Below, in pieces: positions 12,530 to 24,228 of a stretch of DNA of 64,000 bases. A program made the position numbers and the translations under genes. The stretch lies in NCBI GenBank assembly GCA_047967505.1, contig CM106538.1, one strand, 5' to 3'. The DNA is from Dipteris shenzhenensis. Lineage: Eukaryota. Every line of letters begins with the position of its first letter. Position 1 is the first letter of the stretch. Under the pieces are notes generated by a model, which had not been told where the DNA came from, did no database searches, and worked only from the letters and a program-made list of their open reading frames with translations.

Positions 12530-14796
12530 GCGTGGTACCTGTAACTAAAAAAGCAACATGGATGGCTCTATTGTTAGCTCATCCATTAGTTGCATCTGTT
12601 CAATCATTGCCTTAAGCAAGGTCATTTGTCTACATTGTCGGAGTCTTAGCATTATGGATTTTGGCTTGCTCGATGGCCTGGCGCTTTATCCTGGCCACCT
12701 CTGCCTTGAGTTCCTTTTCTCTATGCATGACTTGAAGGGTGGAGATAGTGAGTGGTCCATAGTATCTTTTCAATTTGCTTCCATTTAGGTAGCCATCCAT
12801 TTCTATTCCATCAAGGGTGGCTATTCGGCACGACCCTTAAGGAGTGATCTCAACTACATGGTAAGAACCCATACCTCGGTACTTAAGCTTACGTTTGGTG
12901 TTGCAGACACTGTAAAGGAGTGCCAGGTCTCCTTCTGCCAAGTTCTTGTTCTTGAGGTTTCGGTTGAACCACTTTTTACATCGGGCCTTTTCTACCTGGA
13001 GAGAGTAGGCTGCTCGCAACCTTGTCTCTTCTAACTTTTTGAGGTCAACTAGCCTTTCGACTAGCGCATTTTTTGTGAGTCTTTCTTTTACGACAAGATG
13101 GAAGCTAGGCAATACATACTCCATTGGCATTACTACCTCTACCCCAAAGGCTAACTTAAAGGGGTTACAATGTGTTGCCACTTTGTAGGAGGTCCTGTAG
13201 GCTCATAACGCTGCTATGAGCTTATGCGCCCAGTCAGTATGACTGGCTTATACCGTGCATGTGATAATCTTATAGCAAGTCTTGTTAGCTTTCGGCCAAG
13301 CCATTTGCTCTGGGGTAGTATGGCCTTGACTTCCTATGAATGGTCATAAACTCGCTCGTCAGGATTGCTATGGTTTCGTTGGAGGAAGTGAGTCCCTCGG
13401 TCACTGATGACTAACTCCAATGGAGAGCCAAACTGCGTGATGACTTGTTCATATAAGAACTTGGCGATGGATCTTGCATCAACCTTTACTGTGGCTCTTC
13501 CTTCTACCCACTTCAAGTGAAGTATTCAGTGGTGAGGATGATGTATCGTGCCCCGATCCCCTTAGCAGCTGGGCTTATGGGACCGATGAAATCGATGCCC
13601 CATTTCTCGAAGGGTTGATCAGCCAGGATTTTGATCAGGGGCATCATGTCAGCCCTGTGTGGGATTTGGATACAATGGTAGGGGTCACATCATTTGACAA
13701 ATTCGACCGTGTCTCTGAAGAGTGTTGGCCACTAGAGACCAGCTTGCAGCACTTTACTTACCGTAACATCAGCATAAAAATGACCTCCTGCAATTCTTGA
13801 GTGGGCTCCTTCAAGCACCTCGATGTATTCGTGTTTGCACATGCATCTTTGCAGTATGCCATCCTTACCCATGTGGTAGAGTTGGCCTGCTATCAGCTGA
13901 TATGGCACTGCATCCTTAATGAGTTTACGGGCTCTATCCTTCTTGAGGTCCTGGCCTAGGGGTAGTCTGTTGGCCAAGTAGTGGCCGATTTCAACGGCCC
14001 ATTCTAGAATGACATCGAGGAAGAAGAGGGAAGCATCAGGGAGATCATCTTCTACTCCTGTTGGAGCTTTGCCATTTGGGATCCTCAATAGGTAGTTGGC
14101 TACATGGGTTTTGCCCTTATGCACAGCAATTGTGAAGTCAAATTCTAGCAGGATCAGCATCCACCTAGTGATGTGTCCCATCATGCAGGGTTTGTTGACC
14201 AAGTACAAGAATGCTTGATGGTCCATGAAGAAGAAAAACTTGTTAGCTAACAAGTAGTGCCTAAACTTTTTGACTGCATAGACCATGGCGAGACCCTCTC
14301 TCTCGGTGGTGGTGTAGTTAACTTTGGTCTCATTTAGTTGATGGCTCGCAAAGTATACTGGGTAATCCAAATTATGCTCCCCGGGTTGGGCTAACACACA
14401 TCCAATGGCAAAGTTAGAGGCCTCAATGTGGACGTGGAATATTAAATTTCAGTCGGGAGACCTCAATATTGGTGTGGTGGCTAGAGCTAGCTTGAGGGTT
14501 TCAAAGGATGTTTGGCATCATGACCATGATCATTAATATCAACAATTCCATTCTTCGGTCCACTCAAAGGTCACTAGCAGTTTGTATAATGGGCGGGCTA
14601 TGTTGGCATAGAACAAGATGAATCTCTGGTAATAGCCCGTATGGCATAGAACAAGATGAATCTCCAGTAATAGCCCATATGGCTAGAAAATCGTTGAACT
14701 CCCTTAGAGTTGGTGGGGGGCGGTAACTCCAAAATGATTTTGATTTTGTTGTGATCCATAGAGATTCCATTTCAGGACACTATGTGACCTAGGATG

Positions 14797-17029
14797 TGTT
14801 GGTAAACTGAAAGGAAAGGAAAGAGTGGACACAAACTCAGAATACTTGCATTACTTGCTTGTAGAATGAAGAAGAGTGAGGTCCTTAAGTAGGCACCTCA
14901 TACATGCTCACTGACATCACTGATGACTTCAGAGCTCCACAATCATCTCCTCAATCTGCTCCTAGATTCTCTCAATCATCCTATGTGGCTCTCCACCACC
15001 TAACTGTGCTTATGGGCACCTAACTGTGCCTCTAGCACTCACACATAGAAACCAAGGTGTGCCTGAGGCATACACCTTGAGATATCCCCATCAAACCCCC
15101 CCTCAAGGGAATGCCTCAGGCTATGTCAAGGATACATCTAGTCTCATAGTTTCTCATGCCATCTCATGGTGGTCAAGGATAAATCTATGGCTAGGTTCTC
15201 ATGCTAGCAAGGGTTCCCATGGGTGTAAGGTAAACAAAAAGGGATACAAAAAGACCTTCCAATGGTTATCTCCCCTGCATGTACATGCACAAAATGTCTG
15301 CAGGAGGTACCATGGAGCAAAACATACACATGGCCTACATCATAAGGTGACCAGAGGTGTTTACAAAACACACAAAACACAATAGTTTATTTCATTCATT
15401 TTGGAGGACTATCCAGGCTGAGTACCTTGACATAAAAAGAGAGATCTGGAGCATACATAGAGATGTTTTAAAATGCATAATCTTCAAAGGGATGCCTCAT
15501 CTTGTGGAGGCAAAATATCCATGTCAAGGCAAGGTCTTACCACATGGGCAGTGTCTAGTGCCTTATAAGATGGTACTATGATAGAACAAGTGGATCTGGA
15601 AATCATATCCTTCAAGAGAACAATTATCTTGTCATCTCCATAGTTGTGTAGAGAAGCATATCTTAGGTATTTGACCTTCATCTTTTTCTTGTACTTGGAG
15701 TCAAATAAAAGTGCCATGAGAGGGTAGATCTTTGGCTTTGTAGTTGCTTCCTTTTTGGCAACCATTGTTTTGGCAATCTTCAACAAGGAAGTCAGGTTGA
15801 CATTTTCATCCTTTGTAGCATAACAAGACATTGCTTTATGTTTTGGCTTTTCACATATTTTGCATAAGCAAGCCATGAGAGGGTCTAACCCAGGTATTGG
15901 ACAGTGTCTTCTCTCTTATAGGGCTTAGAATAACAACTGAAATGCTTCCAAATATAAGCATTTAATGTAGCAAAGTCTTGTGACCAAATTTTAAACAATG
16001 ATGCTTCTTCTTACATGCTTCATAGAGGTGGCTAAAATGAATACTTTCCAATCAAAACCAGGTCTAGCAATTCAAAACAAAACTGAAGCCACACTTGTAC
16101 TGAAGTTATTGAAAGTTTCAAAAAACCAGAAATGCTAGAGTAGCATTTTATGTAGCATCATCTTCAAAAACTTGTCCAAAACTATCAAAACTAAAAGGCT
16201 GAACTTGGAGGGCTTGTAGCTCACTCTTCAAAGCAAGGAAAAGAGGGCTTTCTGAATCAAAAGAAAGCTCATATACCAGAGAGGGTCTAGCACAGAGGTT
16301 GGACGAAATGGTGCGCACTTTTGCCCGGGGGAGTTGCTATAGGCTGAACCTGAGTTTTGACGATTTCTCCCTCGTTACTGAACCAAATGAGCTGAAAAGT
16401 GGCTCAAAATCTTTGTCTTGAGGTCGCCCATCTACTCCTAAGAGGGCTCAGGCAATGGCGAAGCAGGCAAGGAGTATTGAGCAATAGAAGAAATGGCAAA
16501 AAATGCACTGTTTGGGGAATGGCAGCCACCACAGACGTTTTTTCTTCAATTGCTTACAGGTGGAAGTTTGCCCATACTAGAGGAGTTTCCAGCTCAGAGG
16601 GTTTGGGCAATGGTCGTTTGTAGGTGGAGAACCAAGCTCTCAAAGATTTTGGGAAGAAAGAGGAAAATGGAGAAGAAGAAGATGATGATGTGGCAGAAAT
16701 GGGCTCAAGGGGGATCAAAGGGCTCTGATACCATGTTGGTAAACTGAAAGGAAAGGAAAGAGTGGACACAAACTCAGAATACTTGCATTACTTGCTTGTA
16801 GAATGAAGAAGAGTGAGGTCCTTAAGTAGGCACCTCATACATGCTCACTGACATCACTGATGACTTCAGAGCTCCACAATCATCTCCTCAATCTGCTCCT
16901 AGATTCTCTCAATCATCCTATGTGGCTCTCCACCACCTAACTGTGCTTATGGGCACCTAACTATGCCTCTAGCACTCACACATAGAAACCAAGGTGTGCC
17001 TGAGGCATACACCTTGAGATATCCCATCA
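14797..17029 (-). mobile_element. Young non-autonomous LTR retrotransposon (2233 bp, gag-only, TR-GAG/TRIM-like)
   Basis: LTRs 14797-15093 and 16734-17029 (TG...CA) differ by about one substitution and one indel. 5-bp TSD GGATG at 14792-14796 and 17030-17034. PBS TGGTATCAGAGC at 16733-16722. PPT GAGGGGGGG next to the left LTR. Internal CCHC knuckle CKICEKPKHKAMSC in ORF 15876-15484. Confidence 0.95.
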
Positions 17030-19460
17030 GGATGACACCATGTTTGACCCAAAACTAGCACTTAAAGGGCTTGAGGGATATGCGGTATAAGCGGCACTTC
17101 TCAAGGCCGCCGAGCCTGAGATACTTCAGGTGGTCATCCCATTTCGAGTCCATGAAGATATCATCCAAGAAGACTTCCACAAAGTCCCTCAGGTATTCCT
17201 TGAATTTCGTGATCATCATACGTTGGAAGGTATCCGGGGCATTGGCTAATCCGAATATCGTCACCCTGGCTGCATATACACCCCATTTGGTTGTGAAGGC
17301 AGTCTTGTGTTGATCTTGGGGGGCAATTGAGACTTGGTTGTAACCTGAAAATCCATCTAGGAAGCTATACGCTTCCTTTCCGGCTACCCTTTCTAGAACA
17401 TGTTTCATGAATGGCAGGGGGTAGTGGTCATGTCTCGTGGCCGCATTAACCTTCTTCAAATCCATGCATACTCTGATTTTTCCATTTTTCTTTAGGACTA
17501 TCTTAATGGGTGATACCCAATCTGTATGCTCGATCTCATAGATGAATCTTGCATCTATGAGTTTCTGGATTTCTTCCCTCACTATGAGTGCATATATAGG
17601 ATTCATAGGGTAGGGGCATTGCCGTACTAGCCTGACATCATCCATCATGGGGATTGTATGCTACACTACTACGGCAGGTACTCCTTTCATGTCCGTGTAT
17701 TTCCAGGCCATCCAGTCCTTATATTCTCGTAGGAGAGCTATTAACGCATTCTCCTCACTGGGAGTGAGGTCATCGGCGGCGACAAATACGGGTTGTGGGT
17801 CTTGCCCTTCTAGGGCTAGGTTTACTTCCTTGCGGTCCATCATATCCTTGAGAACAACCGTCCTCTTGAGTTCTTTTGGCATGTTGGTATAAGATCTTAT
17901 GATCCTGAATAGTATAGGCCTTGTAGTGGGCTGGTACCTACCGTAGGTCTTCTTTATCCTCAATCTCCTTCTCTTTTTCTACCAGAGCCGTGGACTTTTT
18001 GGCCTCAGCCTTGCCTTTGGATACAGGGGATTTGGGAGCTGAAGGGGGCTCTTCCATTGTACTTATAGAGCCGACAGGGGTGGTTACCCTACTTACCCTA
18101 TTTCCCCAGTTAGAGGAGAACTCGTGGTGAGCAATCTTGGCGCCTACGTAGGACAGCCAGTGAAGATATGATTTTACCCTTACGGTTCCCTTGCTTACCT
18201 CTCGGGGTTTGAGCATGTTAAACATCCTTAGGGGGACCACTGGGGTAAGACCCTCGAGCTTTGGGGTGGTGATTTGAAACCCTACTCTTTCTAGGACATC
18301 TATGTTGGCTAAGATGTGCATCCAGTTCTGTGAGAATTTTGGCTCGGGGAGAGGTCCATACCAGAAGTTATCAGACTCCTCATCCTCTTCCTTGTCACAG
18401 GGTTGGAATAGTTCTACGGAGGTGGTTCAGGCGGTGGTGTCGGACTCTATGGCAAAGAGGTGTCTTGAAAATGGGTGGGCCTTACAGGATCTTACTAACA
18501 TGCCGGTCAGCGGCTTAGTATAGTGACAGGCATGGGGATCAAAATGACGGAGGATTGGTGGGATACACATATAGCGACGATGGTGGGGTAAGTGGAAAAC
18601 ACCGAACGGCGGGATTAAACAGTGACGGGCAGTGTGATGGAAGTATCGCGACGGCGGAGGGGAATGATTATGACCACGAACGGAGGGGTGGGTTCACCAC
18701 ACCAATGGTGGCATACTAGAATAGCAACGATTAGTGGCACGAAACCACTACAGCACCAGTCAACAGCTTATCAGATCGGTGCAAAAGTAACTCTGACATG
18801 CATTAACTCTGGGCGGCCGGGTCAATCGTAGTCAAAGGTTAGGTCGGCAGGGAAGCACTACGGCATCGAGTCAACAAAGGTTGACCAACGGGATCCGGCT
18901 AACGGGTTGATCGGCGGGGAATTTGGTCGGTGCGATACGCTACAGCACTGACTCGATGGGATAGCCATACACAGTTTTGCCGACTGAGATTTGATGATTT
19001 CTGAGAATTTTGCAGTTTTTGTTCATGATTTTTTGTGATGGGGGGGTGCTACATTACCTAATCTACCTACTCAATGAAGAAAAACTTGAAAACAAACAAT
19101 TTTTTGAAGCCAAAATGCAAAAACTCAGAAAAGGGGAATTCTAGAACATAAAACTACTTTAAAACTTGACAAGAATCCTTAGTTTTGTTGTTTTTTGAGG
19201 TTATTAGACCACACACACCCCTTAGCAATCAAGCCTACTAAGTTCCTATCAACTTGAAAAACTAAAAAGCATCGAAGACAAGCTTCCCAAGCTCACGAAT
19301 GGCATTCCTACAAGAAAAAACAGATTTCCGTCTTCTCTCTCTCCTTCCACCTCTCTTCTCTCCTACAACTCCACTAACAAGCTCCAAGGTAAGCTTGAAG
19401 ACTTGTGCAATGGGAATATATTAAAGGGAGACAAGTGCAAATGCAAAAGCATACCTTTTA

Positions 19461-19477
19461 CCCCGACAATGGTGCCA
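19461..19477 (-). other. Athila-type primer-binding site (tRNA-Asp-like) abutting an LTR end at 19482
   Basis: The minus strand reads ...CTACATTTTTGGCACCATTGTCGGGG, a CpG-decayed form of TGGCGCCGTTGCCGGGG. Confidence 0.7.
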
Positions 19478-19481
19478 AAAA

Positions 19482-20070
19482 TGTAGTGGGTCTTAGCGGT
19501 GACTCACGTGTCGTGGGGTAGTTAAAGATATGCTGACGGAGTCTCCACTCTCAGCTACTCCTTGTGGGAGCAATGCATATCACAAGCCATCCGCAAGTGT
19601 CACTCAAGTGGCCTCTAGATTGTTGCAATGAAGGAGAAGGGAGTGAAGGGGGATATAGTGACAATACTCTTTGGAAACAAGGGAACACCCAAAACACTCT
19701 CTTGGAGGAGAAAAGGGAGCTTGTATTCAACTTGGTGCAAACAACAATGAAGACCAAAGTCAACCATTTGGTCTTTTATACATGTCACCTTTTGAAGGGA
19801 GGGCCAACCCTTTTTTTTTTGAAGCACTCTCCCTCACTTTACAACCATGGGTTCTTGGGCCCGTAGGGTGCCAAGGCATGTTGCTATTCTTATCGACTCT
19901 CCCTACTAGCAGAAATAGCGCTTGTGTTAACCATATTAAAGTGCTTGGGACAAACCTGGTATTAGGAGGTGGTCCTAACCGGTTCCCAAATAGCGCTTGT
20001 GTTAGCCTCGCCACTCCTAGGCTTAGGTGATTTGGGGGTCAAACTCCCTGAGCACCCTCACACCTTCACC
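19482..20070 (-). mobile_element. Probable 5' LTR associated with the PBS at 19461-19477 (far boundary uncertain)
   Basis: TGTAG terminus directly adjacent to the PBS. No second copy is present in the window. Confidence 0.45.
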
Positions 20071-20420
20071 TATTTGTGGTCATGCATGATGCATGAGACT
20101 CAAACCTGGAGTGGCGAAGCTTAGCTTCTGCGAGACACTCAATGGTAACCTTGTCTCCTGATGATATTTGGGGAACAAACTCCCTGAGTTTGAGTTGTAC
20201 TCCTTTCATGGCTATTTTCATTGGTGTCGCTATTTCCTGTGGATGTGGAGCTGAAAAGTGCAAGGCGCATGCACTCCTTGTGGCCCAGAAGTGTGCATCT
20301 CCTTGTTCCTGGTATGCATCTCCTTGTTTCGAGCGGTGGTAGCTGGAACATACAGCCTGTGCCTGGGATCCTTGAATCCTTGGACTTTGGAGCGGACTTT
20401 GGGTATTTGGGGATCAAAAT

Positions 20421-23006
20421 CCATTAGAGGAGAATTGGGGTCTCAAAAGGGCCTCATAAGGAATGGATTAAGAAATGGATTAGTCCTAATGAAAGGGCCA
20501 AGGTAGGTCCCAAAAAGTCCTAACCCTCCCTCACCTAAATGGGTTAAGCTCACAAGTGACCCCACCTCTTACACCTCTTACACAACTCTTACTCCTAGGT
20601 GGGAACCAAAAAATTCAAAATTCAAAAAATTGAATTTTGAATTACCTCCCTCCTTCTCTCTCCCCCCTCCCCCTCCTCCCTCCCCCTCCCTCACTCCCCC
20701 TCCTCACCCCCTCCTCCCCCTCCCTCCTCCTCTCCCTCCCTCCCTCCCTCCTCCCCCTCCCCTCTCCTCCCCTCCCCCTCCTCACTCCCTCCTCCCCCTT
20801 CCTCCTCCTCCCCCTCTCTCCCTCCCTCCTCCACGCTTGCTCCTTCTACCCTCCCCCCTCCCTCCTGCTCCTCCCTCCTCCCTCCTTCCTCCTCCACGCC
20901 TACTCCTCCTCACCCTCCACACCTGCTGGTCTGCCCCCCTTTTCCTCCTCTTCAACTACTGGTCCTCCCTCCCCCATCCCTCCTCCTCCTTGCCCTCCCT
21001 CTTCTTGCATGCTACTCTCTCAAGCCTGTATCTCCACACCTTGTCCTTCTCTACACTCCTTTAGTCATGGCACCATTCGAGGACGTCTCCAACAAGTACC
21101 AGGTTCACTTAGAGTTGGAGGATGAATATGCAAGCACACAGTCTAGGATTGAGGGGAGCTTCCAAAATCCACAGTCTTCGTTCTCAAGGAAAGAAGCATC
21201 TCGACCTTTGGGTAGAAGGCCCTTGTATCCTTTAGATCCTACCAACCAAAAGAGCCCTCCTTTCCATACAATGCATGAGCTAGTTCGGTTTGTTGGAAAT
21301 GGATATGCGGGGTTGCTTGGTTATTGCAATCACCCTTTTGGTCACCTGACCTGGTTCCCCAATTCATCCTAAGTAAATCTTCAAGAGCATTTTCATCTAC
21401 ACGCTTGCAGGACCACATAGTTTTTGTTCTATGCATATGTATATTCTGAAATAAAGAAGCAAGAATGTGCAGAGGCATAAACCAAGATAACCTTGCCCAT
21501 TTGGATCCAAATGTAAACTTCATGGCCATGCCCACATTCTTTGCAATCTTGTCCTTTGTACGATTGCAATGTCCTCGAGTCCACTTTGCTGCAATCCATG
21601 TCTTGAATTTGTGGTGGTGCAATGGTTTGCAGACGGCCATAGCTTGATGATGTCGTTGGAGTGATGTATGTTGCATTATACCAATACACATTCTTCATTC
21701 GCAAGGAGGCCAACTTCTCCCCGGCATGCATTTGCTTACCTAAACCCTCATGAATCGCAGTGAACTTGCTTATGAATGATTCAACTGGTTCCCACTCCTC
21801 AAAGGTCCGAAGGGAAAACATCTGCCACCATGAATAAGAGCTCTTAGAAACCAAACACAAAATTTCCAAATGGACTCATTACACTTACAGGTGAAAAAGG
21901 TACATAGATAGAAAGGCTCACAGTGTGATGGTATCCTAGATTGATTGAATGATGGAGGAAGCCGCATATCTTTTCCCATGTAAACATGTTGCACTTTTGC
22001 AAGCCATCCTTTCTTCCCAAACTTGAACTTCAAGATGCGCCCCTTCGACTCATGCAAGATGTCCCCTCTCTTGCTCTTGGGAAGCTTATGTGGACCTTTG
22101 GCCGATCCTTTCATCACTATCCAGTCATTTAGGCCGTAGGTGCAAGGGATCCACTCATCCAATGCATTTCTAGTGTTGTGGAAGACACAAGAGGTCACAA
22201 CATTGCGTGGTCTTGTAGCCTTTCTCCTCACCATGCTTGTAGAGGTTGCAACAGCAATAATGGGACTCCTACACAAGGCAATGCAGCTCCAACAGAGGCA
22301 CAAAGAGGGAGAAGGAGAGGGATAGAGCAGCAGCAAGAGAGGCATAGGAGAGGGAGAAGGAGAGGGACAGAGCAGCAGCAACAGAGGCACAGGAGAGGGA
22401 GAAGGAGAGGGACAGAGCAGCAGCAACAGAGGCACAGGAGAGGGAGAAGGAAGGGACAGAGCAACAACAACAGAGGAATAGGAGAGGGAGAAGAAGAGGG
22501 ACATAGCAGCTCCAACAAAGGCACAAGAGAGGGCGAGGGGAGAGAGAGAGAGAGGAGCTGCAACAAGCAGGCCAGAGCAAGAGGGAGCAGAGAAAGAGGG
22601 GGAAGAGGGAAAATACGTGGGATTTGGTTCAAATCTGAGTGATTTGGCAGGCTGGACCAGAACAGTGGGGGGCAGAGGCCCTAGAAAGAGGGAGGGGAGA
22701 AGAAAAATTCGCCACAATGGCCCTACCATCCCATTGAAGGCAGTTTTGGGCTCATGTGGGGGAGGTGCACTTGGTAGGAGGGTCAAACATGGGTTAAGAG
22801 GGGGGGGGGATGGTTTGGGTGGTCCCTAGTGTAAGGGGAGCAACCAATAGGGGCTCTCTGCAGGCCTACCCACCCTCCACCTCAACATACCATTGCCCCA
22901 CACCTTCTAGCACTCTCATTGGTACACCTCAAATCACTCTCTAATCCCTTGAAATTAGGAAACACTAATTGGAGGCCCTTTTGAAACCCCAATTCTCCCC
23001 TAATGG
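20421..23006. mobile_element. ~2.6-kb terminal-inverted-repeat DNA element carrying a decayed BAH-like gene
   Basis: 35-bp TIRs: CCATTAGAGGAGAATTGGGGTCTCAAAAGGGCCTC (20421-20455) versus the reverse complement of 22972-23006, with 2 mismatches. No TSD was recognised. Internal features include a polypyrimidine tract (20645-21000) and ~42-bp GA-rich repeats (22300-22500). Confidence 0.75.
21240..22234 (-). pseudogene. Intron-containing BAH-domain-like gene inside the TIR element (frameshifted)
   Basis: ATG at 22234 (MVRRKATRPR...WIVMK...KGRILKFKFGKKGWLAKVQHVYMGKDM). GT-AG intron 21921-21822. Exon 2 reads YVFPSD(+1 C)FEEWEPVESFISKFTAIH...NVYWYNATY, resembling the BAH pattern ELFLSD..D.I.VESI.GKC.V...DFFC.Y.Y. 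Confidence 0.55.
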
Positions 23007-23700
23007 GCCCTCAGTTTGAGCTATACTCCTTCCCTGTGCACATTTCTTGTAATCATTGACCTTGGCGTATTTGGGTATCAAACTGCCTTGAGTTTGTCTT
23101 GTTGAAGTAGATCATTCGGCTTGGTCACCTTTACTCATTGATTACCCTCTGCATTTGGTGGATGTACTCTGTGGATGTTAACACTCCTTTATTAGTCCAA
23201 TTTTTTTGGCATTGGAGGCTTGATGGTGTCAAATGTTAGACGCTAGGAATGAGCATGATGGCATGTTCCATGCTACGAACTTACATGGGGCCTCCACATA
23301 TTCCATGCTATCGCTTCCCACTGGCTTGTTGCTCATATCTTCTCTTGTTATTTCTCCACCTGGTTACAATCAAGATCAGAAGATCAACCAAGATCCCGAC
23401 AATGATCGGAGAGAACAATCTCACCTGCTATTGTTTGAATTAGTTTCTCCTCTTATTCCTGGATCCAATTACCAACAATCAGAGCTTGGCTCTATGAGTT
23501 GTGATGGCACCCTTCTGTCATAATTTGCCCCTGTACCAGAGAGCATAAGGAGAAAAGCTTGTTTTTTGGAGCTTAGCCAAACTTGAACTTAAACTTGAAC
23601 TTGCTTCTAGAGTGGAGGATCATAGCCATTAGAGACATACACATATGGTAGAAGCACACGTATGCATAACGGTTTACTTCCTGATGTTCATAGATGCGAC

Positions 23701-24228
23701 TTTCCCAACAAAATCTTCTAGGAATTACTCTTTGGCCTCAACTATGCATGGGAACAATCACACCAACCACAATTGACCATTTTGAAATTCTCCAATAGGA
23801 TTCTTAATGATTCTCTCATCTTCATTGTCTTCCTCTTGCTCACCTAGATCCTCATTTATAGACTAGTTCCTTGTGACACAACTAGATCCAATGAACATAG
23901 TATAGTCAATGACAACATCTTGACCAATCATTCATGCAGCATTCCATTCAATCCCACTCAAACTAGAGAATCTTGAACTCACCACAAGTGCAACACAAAT
24001 TGCTTAACTAGTTCATCAAGTCTATCCTCACTATCATTCACTTTTCCAACAAAACCTTCTAGTATTTTTGGGCTCAATTATGCATGGGAACAATCACACC
24101 AACTATGATTGACCATTGTGAAATTCTCCAATAGGATTCTTAAGTCATTCTTAATGATTCTCTCATATTCATTGTCTTCCTTTGCTCACCTAGATCCTCA
24201 TCTATAGACTAGTTCCTTTTGATACAAA
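23701..24228. repeat. Diverged direct duplication, ~180 bp, period ~340 bp
   Basis: TGCATGGGAACAATCACACCAAC...GAAATTCTCCAATAGGATTCTTAA...GCTCACCTAGATCCTCAT occurs twice. Confidence 0.75.

Larger units (their letters stand above)
9582..19481 (-). mobile_element. Athila-like (non-chromovirus Ty3/gypsy) LTR retrotransposon internal region, decayed and interrupted by a nested LTR element
   Basis: RT 17648-17035 continuing at 14791 (WVSPIKIVLKKNGKIRVCMDLKKVN, FLDGFSGYNQ, VFLDDI, GVILGHIVS); RNase H ~14450-14090 (NYTTTEREGLAMVYAVKKFRHYL); integrase ~13810-12750 (AHSRIAGGHF, ISDRGTHF, GDLALLY); a downstream protease; extra 3' ORF remnants. No gag or 3' LTR is visible. Part of 18520-19481 may belong to a different element. 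Confidence 0.85.

Noticed and set aside
21770-22786. 338-aa ORF as a complete gene
   Set aside because: The N-terminal half is translated low-complexity repeat and the end reads into an intron. Only the part from ATG 22234 looks coding.
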